A stretch of 64,000 nucleotides of DNA from an uncultured bacterium (GTDB taxonomy: Bacteria; Patescibacteriota; Minisyncoccia; Phycocordibacterales; GWA1-40-21), in assembly GCA_903822075.1 (NCBI GenBank), contig CAIJNK010000004.1:12661-76660 (forward strand). The letters are read 5' to 3'. The position numbers and the translations under genes were made by a program. The number at the start of each line of letters is the position of its first letter. Within the stretch, counting starts at the first letter, position 1. The notes beneath the pieces are model-generated. The model made no database searches and was not told the DNA's origin. It saw only the letters and a list, made by a program, of their open reading frames with translations. Positions 1 through 8,775 of this stretch are shown here, in pieces.

Positions 1-825
1 GCTAATAATAAGATCAGCAGCCCCCGCGGCCATGGTCATGGTTAAGTCATTCAAGTAATCAAAAATTCGATAGCGATTTTTGTTCGGGTTACTTCCCAGA
101 ATAATGGCTGAAGTACCAGAAACTTCTTTGACGTTATTTTTACCGGTTTGGTGAATAATCTGGTATTTTTCGATCAGCTTAGGTAGGGCATCTAAAACTC
201 GCTCGTTAATGATTTTTGCACCCAAGGAACCGCCGATAATCAGGATGGTTGGTAAGTTTTTTTCCAGGCCTAAGTACTCATGCCCACCAGTCTTGTTGGC
301 AAGTAAAAGAGACTTTCTTATGGGGTTACCCGTATAGGCCACTTTGCTCTGATCGGTAAAATACTTTACAGTGTCCGGATAAGAGACGGCAATTTTTTTG
401 GCAAATTTACTGGCCCAGAGATTTGTGCGGCCTGGCACACTGTCAGACTCGTGAATTATGACCGGAATACGCAGAATTCTCGCCGCAACTAAGACTGGAA
501 AACTTGCGTATGCTCCCTTGCTAAAGACAACATCTGGATATAGGGCAAAAACTTTCCGGATAGCCAGTATTACGCCAAAAATAGTTTTAAAGAAATCCAA
601 AAAATTTAAGGCGGAAACATAACCTCTGATTTTTCCTGCGGAAATTGGTATAAAAGTGATGTCATTGCCAATCAAAGCCTCCATGTCATAAGGGCTGTCC
701 GACATAAAATATAATTGAGCTGAGACCAGGTTTTCTTTTTTTGCGGTATCGTTAATAGCTTCTGCTACGGCAATTAGAGGATAAAAATGTCCGCCTGTTC
801 CACCGCCGGTTAGTAGTATTTTCAT
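1..825 (-). CDS. murG: MurG glycosyltransferase (runs off window edge)
   Basis: Manual translation from ATG at 825 gives MKILLTGGGTGGHFYP, then KGAYAS and HESD..PG motifs; follows ftsW. Confidence 0.95.
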   Translation of the reverse strand, partial: MKILLTGGGTGGHFYPLIAVAEAINDTAKKENLVSAQLYFMSDSPYDMEALIGNDITFIPISAGKIRGYVSALNFLDFFKTIFGVILAIRKVFALYPDVVFSKGAYASFPVLVAARILRIPVIIHESDSVPGRTNLWASKFAKKIAVSYPDTVKYFTDQSKVAYTGNPIRKSLLLANKTGGHEYLGLEKNLPTILIIGGSLGAKIINERVLDALPKLIEKYQIIHQTGKNNVKEVSGTSAIILGSNPNKNRYRIFDYLNDLTMTMAAGAADLIIS

Positions 826-830
826 TTGAT

Positions 831-1928
831 TTAAATTATCTTTTTATACTTGGAAATATTAATAATCATGCCAATCTCTGCTAAAGTAAAGAATAGAGCT
901 GTTCCACCCTGACTAAAAAAAATCAACGGCGAGCCAGACAAAGGAATAACTCCAGTCATTGAAGCAATGTTCAAAAATGATTGGATAGTGATAAGTATAA
1001 CAATTCCAATCACCAAAAGTCCACTAAAGGCGTCGGGTGCTTGACCGCCTATTTTTAGACCACGGGAAATAAAAAAAATAAACATTAAAATAATAGCTAC
1101 ACTGCCAATAAAACCGAATTCCTCGGCGGCAATTGGGAAAATGGCATCACCAATGGATTCCGGTAAAAATTTGAATTTTTGAATGCTTTGACCAAGCCCG
1201 CGGCCGAATACTTCACCCGAACCAACAGCGATCAGAGATTGTTGTATTTGGTAGCCGGAAGTCAGTGAGTTTGATGAGGGATCCAAGAAGGTGTTCAAGC
1301 GAGCAAGTAGATATGGCCGCATAAAAAACAAGGCTGAGACACCAATTATTCCGATAACAAGGAGTAAAAACATGTGACGCCACTTCCCACCGCCGATAAT
1401 ATACATGGCAAGGCCAACGATAAATATGATAATAAAAGAATCCGTATCTGGTTGTTTTAGCAAAAGTCCGCCTACAATACCGGTCAAAACCAAAAAGGGC
1501 AAAAGGCCGTATTTCACAGTCGAAATTTTTTCCTTCATCTCCCCTATCCAGGCGGCAAAGTAGATTATAAAACCAAGCTTGAGGAATTCCAAAGGCTGAA
1601 AAGAAAAATGAAAGACATAGATCCAGCGGCTGGCACCACCGTGACTGACACCTATTCCGGGAACAAAAACTAAAATGGAAAGTATAATTGATAAAGAAAA
1701 AATATAAAAAGAAAATCTTTTCCAGTACTTGTAGTTAATTTTGGAGACGATAAAACAGGTGATGCTACCAAGAAATAAACCGATAAATATCTGACTAAAA
1801 ATAATCGAAGTGAATTTGGCGTTGTCTCGAGCGTATATTCCCAAAGAGGCAGAAATAAAGACGACCACTCCACTGACGAGTAGTGCCAAGAATGAAGTTA
1901 AAAATATTTTATCGACTTTCTTCGGCAT
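831..1928 (-). CDS. ftsW: SEDS peptidoglycan polymerase FtsW
   Basis: GASRW, QPLEF.K, GYQ..QS..A.GSG and P.SG..L.F.S.GG motifs; between mraY and murG. Confidence 0.93.
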   Translation of the reverse strand: MPKKVDKIFLTSFLALLVSGVVVFISASLGIYARDNAKFTSIIFSQIFIGLFLGSITCFIVSKINYKYWKRFSFYIFSLSIILSILVFVPGIGVSHGGASRWIYVFHFSFQPLEFLKLGFIIYFAAWIGEMKEKISTVKYGLLPFLVLTGIVGGLLLKQPDTDSFIIIFIVGLAMYIIGGGKWRHMFLLLVIGIIGVSALFFMRPYLLARLNTFLDPSSNSLTSGYQIQQSLIAVGSGEVFGRGLGQSIQKFKFLPESIGDAIFPIAAEEFGFIGSVAIILMFIFFISRGLKIGGQAPDAFSGLLVIGIVILITIQSFLNIASMTGVIPLSGSPLIFFSQGGTALFFTLAEIGMIINISKYKKII

Positions 1929-1932
1929 GCAT

Positions 1933-2979
1933 TTACCCAATTAAAGAGATAATAATCCCCAAGCTAGCGCAAATGATACCGAGGATCCAGTAACGCATGA
2001 CTACTTTGGTGGCGGGCCAGCCTTTAGCTTGAAAATGGTGATGAAGCGGTGCTACCAAAAATACTTTTTTACCATTACGGTATTTTTTAGACAAAAGTTG
2101 AATGATACTGGAGGCGGAGGAGATAACCAAAGGGAAGGCAATGATCGGTAAAATCAAAACTTGTTTGGTGAGAAAGGCCACCACCACAAGAGTTATTGTG
2201 AGAGCCATTGTCCCCGTCTCGGACATATAAAATCTGGCCGGTGGGATATTAAACCAAAGGAAGGCCAGTAAGCCGCCCACTAGCACAAAACAGAACGCTG
2301 CTAGGTCGATTTGTTGCTGAAGTAGAGCGATTAAGCCATAAGAACTAAATATAATTCCAAATACGCCACCAGACAGACCATCCAAACCGTCAATGACACC
2401 GCCCGAGTAGGTACCAAGCATGACGACTACGAAAAAGACAATAAAAAGCCAGCCGGCATCCCAGACGCCAACAAACGGAATAATAATATCGGTCTTTCCT
2501 AATTTAAAAAAGAACCACCAAGCGCCAACAAGAGAAATTAGAAAAACAGCCAGTAATCTTTTTTTTGATGATAAGCCACCGGCCTTCTGGTCATAATTTT
2601 CGGTGACACTCATGTAGTCATCAACCAAACCCACCAAAGCACCAATAATCAGGGTAAATATTGGTAGCCAAGTCTGATTACGACTAAGAAAATTCAGCTT
2701 GGACATCACTGGACCGTCAATGAGTGCTCCCAGCCAAAAAATAATTATGGTGATAATAGCACTGGCCCAAATAACAATTCCACCCATGCGCGGTGTTTTC
2801 TTCTCTTCATCGTTATGCAGACTCTGAGTAATGGAAGCGACACCGCCATCGGTGGCCACGACAACGCTTTTCTTCTTCCACATCTTATTTTTGTAGAGAA
2901 AATTACTCACCAAAGGTGTGATTAATATTCCAACAATGAAAGCGATGGTCGTCGGTACGAATATTTTTACTATATCCAT
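1933..2979 (-). CDS. mraY: Phospho-N-acetylmuramoyl-pentapeptide transferase
   Basis: TPRMGG, G.VDD, DGLDGL, FNIPPA and APLHHHF motifs. Confidence 0.95.
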   Translation of the reverse strand: MDIVKIFVPTTIAFIVGILITPLVSNFLYKNKMWKKKSVVVATDGGVASITQSLHNDEEKKTPRMGGIVIWASAIITIIIFWLGALIDGPVMSKLNFLSRNQTWLPIFTLIIGALVGLVDDYMSVTENYDQKAGGLSSKKRLLAVFLISLVGAWWFFFKLGKTDIIIPFVGVWDAGWLFIVFFVVVMLGTYSGGVIDGLDGLSGGVFGIIFSSYGLIALLQQQIDLAAFCFVLVGGLLAFLWFNIPPARFYMSETGTMALTITLVVVAFLTKQVLILPIIAFPLVISSASSIIQLLSKKYRNGKKVFLVAPLHHHFQAKGWPATKVVMRYWILGIICASLGIIISLIG

Positions 2980-2983
2980 AATT

Positions 2984-3955
2984 TTATTTGTCCATTATAA
3001 CATTATTTATTAAACTGGTGGTATCCACAAAGCTATCTCTGGCTCCTAAGACAACATTAATCAAGGTGACATTATTACCCATATCAGTGAGCAGAACCAA
3101 ATTTTTTAAAGCCAGATCGGTACTCCCTGTCTTGCCACCAATTATGTCATATTTAAGACCCTTTTCTTGCAGTAGCTTGTCAGTATTTGTAACCACCTTG
3201 CAATAGTTGCTTATATCACAAAAATTGAAGACGCTGTTTGTGGTTATCCTAAAAATTTCTGGGTGGTGGTTTTTTATGTATAGCAACAGTTTGGCCAGAT
3301 CTGTGGCTGTTGAGACGTTCACTCCAAGGGTTCCACCAGGCAGACCAGTTGGGTCTAAACCAGTAGGACTAAAAAAAGTGGTACTGGCCATACCAAGCGA
3401 CTTGGCCTTGGAATTCATTTTGGCAATAAAGTTATTTTCACCCAACGTGCTACTAAGCAAACGGGCCGAATCATTATCGGAAGAGATAAGGGCGTTGGCA
3501 AGCAGGTCCTGCACTTTATAAACTTTGTTAGTCTCTAATACAAAAGCACTTTCTTCTCGACCGATATAATCGCGAGTGGCCGTTACGTCAGTATCCAAAC
3601 GTAAATTTTCTAAAGTCACGACCGCCACCATCAATTTTGTGACACTGGCGATGGGTAAGCTAAGGTCAGCCTCCTTAACCGCAAGGATTTTTCCTTCCCC
3701 GTTGGAATTAAGGGCAAGTGTCAAGTAAGACTTAGCCGTCACTTCGGGTGAAGTGGTAGCTATTAGGTGGATTTTGTCTAGTTTCTCTTTTACTTCGCGG
3801 TCCAATTGAATTTTTTCTACAGCCTTTTTTAACGCCTCAGTCCGATTTTTGTTATTAAGACTGATAGAAAATAACAGAATACTGATAAAGAAAAATAAGA
3901 GGACAACAATGAGCAGAGCCAGGAGTTTTTCTTTTTTGCCGTTCTCAAAGGGCAT
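2984..3955 (-). CDS. D-alanyl-D-alanine carboxypeptidase (peptidase S11)
   Basis: N-terminal TM helix; SVTK (SxxK), SDN and KTG motifs. Confidence 0.9.
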   Translation of the reverse strand: MPFENGKKEKLLALLIVVLLFFFISILLFSISLNNKNRTEALKKAVEKIQLDREVKEKLDKIHLIATTSPEVTAKSYLTLALNSNGEGKILAVKEADLSLPIASVTKLMVAVVTLENLRLDTDVTATRDYIGREESAFVLETNKVYKVQDLLANALISSDNDSARLLSSTLGENNFIAKMNSKAKSLGMASTTFFSPTGLDPTGLPGGTLGVNVSTATDLAKLLLYIKNHHPEIFRITTNSVFNFCDISNYCKVVTNTDKLLQEKGLKYDIIGGKTGSTDLALKNLVLLTDMGNNVTLINVVLGARDSFVDTTSLINNVIMDK

Positions 3956-4581
3956 TAGACGGTTGGTACATTAATTTCCTCAGCGTCATCCACTTGCTGC
4001 GGATTTATTAAATCAGCTGATTTCTCTGGAGCGGGCTCGGCGGGTTTCTCTTCAGTTAGGTTTTGCTCAAATTCTGCTTTTACTTTTTCGTATTCCGGTA
4101 ATTCTTCTATTTTTGAGACACCTAAAAATTGGAGAAGTTCAAAGGTTGGACGATACAAGAAACTGCGCGCATCCTTTGGATTAGAAATTCTTTCTACTAG
4201 CCCCCTAATCTGTAAGTTGCGTAAAATAAAGTTTGATTGAACACCGCGAATATAATCGATCTCCGCTCTGGATATTGGCCCTTTATAGGCAATAACAGAG
4301 ATGGTTTCCAGGCCGGCCTTGCCCAAGTCTCGGACCAGCTCTTCCTTGGTTAGCCTCTCAATAATATGGGATAGTTTGGCGGCGGTGCCAAGCATAACTT
4401 CATCATCTTTGTAAATCAACTCTACTCCCCTTTCCATTATTTTTTCCTTCAAAACTTCCAAGCCAGTCAAAATTTCCTCTTCTTTTTTTCCCAAACTGGC
4501 TGCCAATTTCTTGATGGATTGCGGCTCGCCTTTCCAGAAAAGCACGGCCTCCAACTGATTATCTAATGACAATTCTTCCAT
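3955..4581 (-). CDS. scpB: SMC-Scp complex subunit ScpB
   Basis: LEAVLF, LETISVIAYKGPISRAEIDYIRGV; start chosen at MEELSL, just after TATAAT. Confidence 0.93.
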   Translation of the reverse strand: MEELSLDNQLEAVLFWKGEPQSIKKLAASLGKKEEEILTGLEVLKEKIMERGVELIYKDDEVMLGTAAKLSHIIERLTKEELVRDLGKAGLETISVIAYKGPISRAEIDYIRGVQSNFILRNLQIRGLVERISNPKDARSFLYRPTFELLQFLGVSKIEELPEYEKVKAEFEQNLTEEKPAEPAPEKSADLINPQQVDDAEEINVPTV

Positions 4582-4623
4582 AATTTGGCAATTATAGAAC
4601 ATTTCTTGGATAAATGAAACCAT

Positions 4624-4651
4624 TTGACTTTTGAATCATTTGATGTATAAT
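4624..4651 (+). promoter_or_regulatory. Sigma70-like promoter for pilin-like genes 1-2
   Basis: TTGACT-N16-TATAAT; GGAGG SD before ATG 4716. Confidence 0.6.
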
Positions 4652-4715
4652 CTGTACTAGATTAGTTTGGTGTTGACATTATCGTAAAGTCCCTAAAAGA
4701 GGGCATGGAGGCAAA

Positions 4716-5153
4716 ATGAAGACAAACAAGACTGGTTTTACGTTGGTGGAATTATTGATCATCTCCGTGGTAATTGCGGTCCTGGCAGGGTTTGCTGTTC
4801 CCGCCCTTCGAGAGATGCGTGAAAAGGCTCGACTGGACCAAGAACAGGCGCTAACAAAACAGCTCACGCCGGAGCAAACAGAAGCCAAGCGTCTGGCGGA
4901 CCTGGAACAGCAAAAGGTTGCTGCGGAGCAGGCCATGGAGGCTAAGGTGAATCAGGTTCAGAATTGTGGGCACGGGGCCTACTATTTCCCTTTTGCGGAC
5001 ATGGGCGAGTTTCTTAGCGTCCGTAACGCTTTCATGGATAAACATTCCGGCATGAAGTTCGTGGGTACGGAACCGAATATTGTCGAGCAAGGTTGGGGCG
5101 ATGGGCGCTATGGCATTACCGTTGGTCATGTTGTTTTCTTTCAAGAAGAATAA
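4716..5153 (+). CDS. Type IV pilin-like protein 1
   Basis: Class III signal MKTNKTG/FTLVELL with hydrophobic helix; SD GGAGG. Confidence 0.85.
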   Translation: MKTNKTGFTLVELLIISVVIAVLAGFAVPALREMREKARLDQEQALTKQLTPEQTEAKRLADLEQQKVAAEQAMEAKVNQVQNCGHGAYYFPFADMGEFLSVRNAFMDKHSGMKFVGTEPNIVEQGWGDGRYGITVGHVVFFQEE

Positions 5154-5165
5154 ACGGAGGACGAG

Positions 5166-5612
5166 ATGAAGACGAAACAGGGTGGTTTTACGTTGGTGGA
5201 GATTATGATTGTGTTGGCGATCATCGGCTTGCTGGCGGCAATGGCTATTCCGGCTTTCGTTAAGGCGCGCGAAAAGTCACAGCAGTTGGTGGAGGAGAAC
5301 AGGCTGGCGCATTTGACACCGCAACAGCGAGAGAATGAAAATCTGGTCAAACTGGAAGAGCAAAAGCTCGCCCAGCAAAAAACGACCGAGCAAAAATTGA
5401 GTCAGATTCGTCCGTTTGGCCACAACATCTACGAGTTTCCTTTTGTGGGGGACGAGTATCGGTTTATGTTGTCGGCGTTCCAAGATAAGCACCCCGAGCT
5501 GCGTTTCCATAGTGCCGAGGGTGAGGTTGTGGGAGTTCAGACTGGCAGCACAACTGCCTATGGGGCAACGGCGAGTTACACCGTCCATTTCGATGATGAG
5601 GTCAAGCAGTAG
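5166..5612 (+). CDS. Type IV pilin-like protein 2
   Basis: G/FTLVEIMIVLAIIGLLAAMAIP prepilin motif; C-terminal domain aligns by eye with copies 1 and 3 (GH..Y.FPF...AF.DKH). Confidence 0.88.
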   Translation: MKTKQGGFTLVEIMIVLAIIGLLAAMAIPAFVKAREKSQQLVEENRLAHLTPQQRENENLVKLEEQKLAQQKTTEQKLSQIRPFGHNIYEFPFVGDEYRFMLSAFQDKHPELRFHSAEGEVVGVQTGSTTAYGATASYTVHFDDEVKQ

Positions 5613-5638
5613 CTACAAAGACGGTGTCTTGAGTACAA

Positions 5639-5668
5639 CCCGAACGTTTGCAGACGTTCGGGTTTTTT
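5639..5668 (+). terminator. Intrinsic terminator, copy 1
   Basis: CCCGAACGTT-TGCA-GACGTTCGGG followed by a T-run. Confidence 0.8.
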
Positions 5669-5697
5669 ATTTCCCAATTTCTACACTTAAACAAACA

Positions 5698-5726
5698 TTG
5701 ACTTTTAGTAAATATATTAGTACAAT
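5698..5726 (+). promoter_or_regulatory. Sigma70-like promoter for pilin-like gene 3
   Basis: TTGACT-N17-TACAAT. Confidence 0.6.
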
Positions 5727-5780
5727 AGGCAGAGATGTGTTTAGGGATATTTGAAACAAGGACAGGAGAAAAAGGGTAAA

Positions 5781-6308
5781 ATGAAGACAAACAAGACTGG
5801 TTTTGGGTTGGTTGAGTTGTTGGTTGTTATCGGGATGCTCATGAGTCTCCTGGCTATTGTGATCGGAATTCACGAGTTCAGGTTACACCGCGCTGCCCAG
5901 CGAGAGAAGGAAACGGAAGCGAAAGCGGAACAGGTGCCACTAACACCAGAGCAATTGGAGAACCGGCGTTTGGTCGAACTTGAGGAGCAGCAAGTGGCCG
6001 AGCAACAAGCAAAGGCGGCGGCGGAACAAGCTGAAGCCAAGCGTCTGGCAGACCTGGAGCAGCAAAAGGTTGCTGCGGAGCAGGCTATGGAGGCTAAGGT
6101 GAATCAGGTTCAGAATTGTGGGCACGGTGCCTACTATTTCCCTTTTGCGGACATGGGCGAGTTTCTTAGTGTCCGCAACGCTTTCATGGATAAGTATCCT
6201 AGTATGAAGTTTCAAGCGACGGAACAGCATGTGATTACATACGAGGCTGGACGAACATATTCTTACAGCTATACCGTTGGTCACGTTATATATTTCAAGG
6301 AAGAGTGA
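5781..6308 (+). CDS. Type IV pilin-like protein 3
   Basis: MKTNKTG/FGLVELL; shares a near-identical 161-bp block with copy 1. Confidence 0.85.
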   Translation: MKTNKTGFGLVELLVVIGMLMSLLAIVIGIHEFRLHRAAQREKETEAKAEQVPLTPEQLENRRLVELEEQQVAEQQAKAAAEQAEAKRLADLEQQKVAAEQAMEAKVNQVQNCGHGAYYFPFADMGEFLSVRNAFMDKYPSMKFQATEQHVITYEAGRTYSYSYTVGHVIYFKEE

Positions 6309-6336
6309 CGGGCATTGAAAGGTGCCGAAGGTCCAC

Positions 6337-6365
6337 CCCGAACGTTTGCAGACGTTCGGGTTTTT
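6337..6365 (+). terminator. Intrinsic terminator, copy 2
   Basis: Same 24-nt hairpin as 5639-5662, followed by TTTTT. Confidence 0.8.
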
Positions 6366-6420
6366 ATATTTCTCCATTTAAGCACCTAAACAACCAACTT
6401 CTCGGATTTTTTATTGAAAG

Positions 6421-7155
6421 TTAATTATAATGCGGTACGCCGGTTTGTTGAGTCTCAATTTCAATATCGGCAAATTGGTCATTCTGCCGGACATCCACAA
6501 TCCCCTGTTTGACCAATTCCAACATTGCCAAAAAGCTGATGATCACATTCACCCTTTCTTCTTTGCCCACTTTGGCAAACTCTCTAAAAGAAAGTTTGAT
6601 GCTACTTTGAATTCTTTTTGTTAAATTCCCGATCATCTCTTCCAAACTGATCACTTTTTTAACGGTTGCTTTGGGAATATTTTCCACCAGTTTTGGCAAC
6701 GCTTTAATGACTGAAATAATAGCCGTCAGCAAGTTTTCTTTGGTCATTGTCTGATCCGGCGAGAAAACCGGCACGGCCTTTCTGGGTTCGGCGGCAAAAA
6801 TAATATCTTTGCCGAATGAGTTTTTAATATGAACGCTTAATTCTTTAATTCGTTGGTATATTTTTAGCCTTCTTTCCAAATCACTGACATCATGCTGTTC
6901 TTCCTCGGATAGGTTTAGGTTTGGCAGCAAGGATTTGGATTTGATTAAAAGCAAAGTAGAGGCAATGACCAAAAAATCCGCGCTCTGGGCAATGGGAAAT
7001 TTTTCCTGGCTTTGAATATAAGTTATATAATCATCGGCCACCCTTGATAAAGCAATGTCGTTAATGAATAATTTCCGCTTTTCAATCAGACTTAACAGCA
7101 GGTCCAGTGGACCCTCAAAAAATTCGGTTTTAATCTGAAAAGCGGTGTCAGACAT
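6421..7155 (-). CDS. scpA: Segregation/condensation protein ScpA
   Basis: FEGPLDLLL, FLVIASTLLLIKSK.LLP and FLAMLELVKQ motifs. Confidence 0.95.
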   Translation of the reverse strand: MSDTAFQIKTEFFEGPLDLLLSLIEKRKLFINDIALSRVADDYITYIQSQEKFPIAQSADFLVIASTLLLIKSKSLLPNLNLSEEEQHDVSDLERRLKIYQRIKELSVHIKNSFGKDIIFAAEPRKAVPVFSPDQTMTKENLLTAIISVIKALPKLVENIPKATVKKVISLEEMIGNLTKRIQSSIKLSFREFAKVGKEERVNVIISFLAMLELVKQGIVDVRQNDQFADIEIETQQTGVPHYN

Positions 7156-7176
7156 AACAGTAATTATAACATAAAT

Positions 7177-7236
7177 GCTAACGGGTCGCTCTCGCCATTT
7201 AACGCGGACTAATCATTCCGAGAGCAACCCGCTAGC
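7177..7236 (-). terminator. Long hairpin after aspS (probable terminator or stability element)
   Basis: 18-bp stem GCUAGCGGGUUGCUCUCG/CGAGAGCGACCCGUUAGC with two G-U pairs on the minus strand; weak U-tail. Confidence 0.55.
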
Positions 7237-7241
7237 TTTCA

Positions 7242-8594
7242 TTAAAATTCACCCTCGGTTCCCTCCAATCTTTCATCAATCCGGTTCATATCGCGAGGGA
7301 AAATGACGGCCTGACGGACGTTTGGCAGGTTCAGAAATTGCATCACCAACCTTTCCGCGCCAAAAGCAAATCCGCCCTCCGGTGGCACGCCGTATTTAAA
7401 GGCCTGCAAAAACATAGTGATGGTTTTTGGATCAAGATTCCACTCCTTAACATGCTTCTCCAGTTGTTCAAAATTATTTATGCGCCGGCCACCGCTTGAC
7501 AGTTCCCGTCCGCGACAAATCATGTCCAAGCCTTCATTGAATTCTGGTTCAGCTGGATTTGGATAAACGTAAAATGGTTTTTTCTTGGTAGGATAGCCGT
7601 AGACGAACACAAAATCCGAGCCGGTTTCTTTTTTCACTATTTCGCAAATTTCCACTTCATCTTGCGAAGAAAGATCCTTGTCACCCCGGTTATCACGCTT
7701 GTAGGCCTCAAATATTTTCTGCTGGGCCTCACGCAACGACATGGTGGGCGTCTTATCAAGCATGACAGGCAATTCCACCCCCAGTATTTTTAAATGCTCG
7801 GCATTATTCTTTTTTATCTGCTCCAAAATATATTTAATCGTTTTTTCTTCCATATCCCTTATATCAGTCCAGGAATCAATGAAGGCCATCTCGGCATCCA
7901 AAGAAATAATTTCCGTCAGGTGACGAGTAGTGGCGCTTGGTTCGGCGCGGAAAATTTTGTTGACAGAAAAACATCTTTCAAAGGCGCTCATCACAATCTG
8001 CTTGTAGAGCTGTGGTGACTGAGTCAGGTAAGCGGCCTTGTTGAAATAACCGATTTTAAACACTTCTGCTCCGCCTTCTGCGGTGGCAGGGACGATGCAT
8101 GGTGCCTGGAACTCAAAAAAGCTTTCATTTTTCATGATCTCCCTAAAACTATCAATCACAGTCTCCAGAATTTTAAATACTGCCTGGTTTCTTGGGTGAC
8201 GAAGGGTGAGGGCGCGATTATCAAGCTCCGTTATCAAGTCCAGATTAAAGCCATCAGCCGACATGTCAAAAGGTAATGGTGCCGCTTCGGCTAAGATGGT
8301 GATTTTTAAAATTTCGAGCTCAATATTGCCATTCAAAATCCCGGCCTTCTTGTTTCTTTCCGGACGCTCATTCACTTTTCCATTCACTTCCACCACAAAT
8401 TCCTGGCGCAGTTTTTTTCCTTGCTCCAGCGCCTCGGTCTGATTTGGCAAAATAACACCCTGAACAATTCCGGTCATGTCCCGAAAATCCAGGAAAATCA
8501 TTTTCCCCTGATCACGTCTGATATTCACCCAACCCTTGATCATAACCTCCTCCCCTACTTTTGTGCCCAATTCTTTTATATATGTTCTTTTCAT
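7242..8594 (-). CDS. aspS: Aspartate-tRNA ligase, short archaeal-type (possibly non-discriminating)
   Basis: OB-fold N-terminus, EGGA, YL.QSPQLYKQ, FRAE.S.T.RHL.E and YG.PP.GG...G.ER motifs; 450 aa. Confidence 0.9.
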   Translation of the reverse strand: MKRTYIKELGTKVGEEVMIKGWVNIRRDQGKMIFLDFRDMTGIVQGVILPNQTEALEQGKKLRQEFVVEVNGKVNERPERNKKAGILNGNIELEILKITILAEAAPLPFDMSADGFNLDLITELDNRALTLRHPRNQAVFKILETVIDSFREIMKNESFFEFQAPCIVPATAEGGAEVFKIGYFNKAAYLTQSPQLYKQIVMSAFERCFSVNKIFRAEPSATTRHLTEIISLDAEMAFIDSWTDIRDMEEKTIKYILEQIKKNNAEHLKILGVELPVMLDKTPTMSLREAQQKIFEAYKRDNRGDKDLSSQDEVEICEIVKKETGSDFVFVYGYPTKKKPFYVYPNPAEPEFNEGLDMICRGRELSSGGRRINNFEQLEKHVKEWNLDPKTITMFLQAFKYGVPPEGGFAFGAERLVMQFLNLPNVRQAVIFPRDMNRIDERLEGTEGEF

Positions 8595-8611
8595 ATTATT
8601 ATTTTTATTTA

Positions 8612-8741
8612 ATCAAAAATCGCCCTTACAAAATTACCATAATTGATAATCTTGTAAGGACGATCTGTATCGTGGTGCCACCTTACTTGCTTCTTAATTT
8701 ACCTTCGAAGACTCCACCTTATCATCGGTTTCAACGTCTAT
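8612..8741 (-). ncRNA. T-box riboswitch (Asp specifier, ultrashort Stem I, transcriptional)
   Basis: Antiterminator GUAAGG-UGGCACC-ACGAU-acag-AUCGU-CCUUAC; competing terminator 8664-8619 with U-run; K-turn stem with GAUGAUAA loop. Confidence 0.85.
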
Positions 8742-8747
8742 GTCTTG

Positions 8748-8775
8748 ATAATATCACCTCCTCAATAAATATCAA
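8748..8775 (-). promoter_or_regulatory. Predicted promoter of the T-box/aspS leader, overlapping the trpS end
   Basis: TTGATA-N16-TATTAT with TG extension. Confidence 0.55.

Larger units (their letters stand above)
4881..6193 (+). repeat. 161-bp near-identical direct repeat (4881-5041 and 6033-6193)
   Basis: Manual alignment shows 6 substitutions, all synonymous third-position changes. Confidence 0.9.

Noticed and set aside
4881-6193. Diversity-generating retroelement template/variable repeat pair
   Set aside because: The six mismatches are synonymous and not adenine-specific, both copies are coding, and no reverse transcriptase is in the window.
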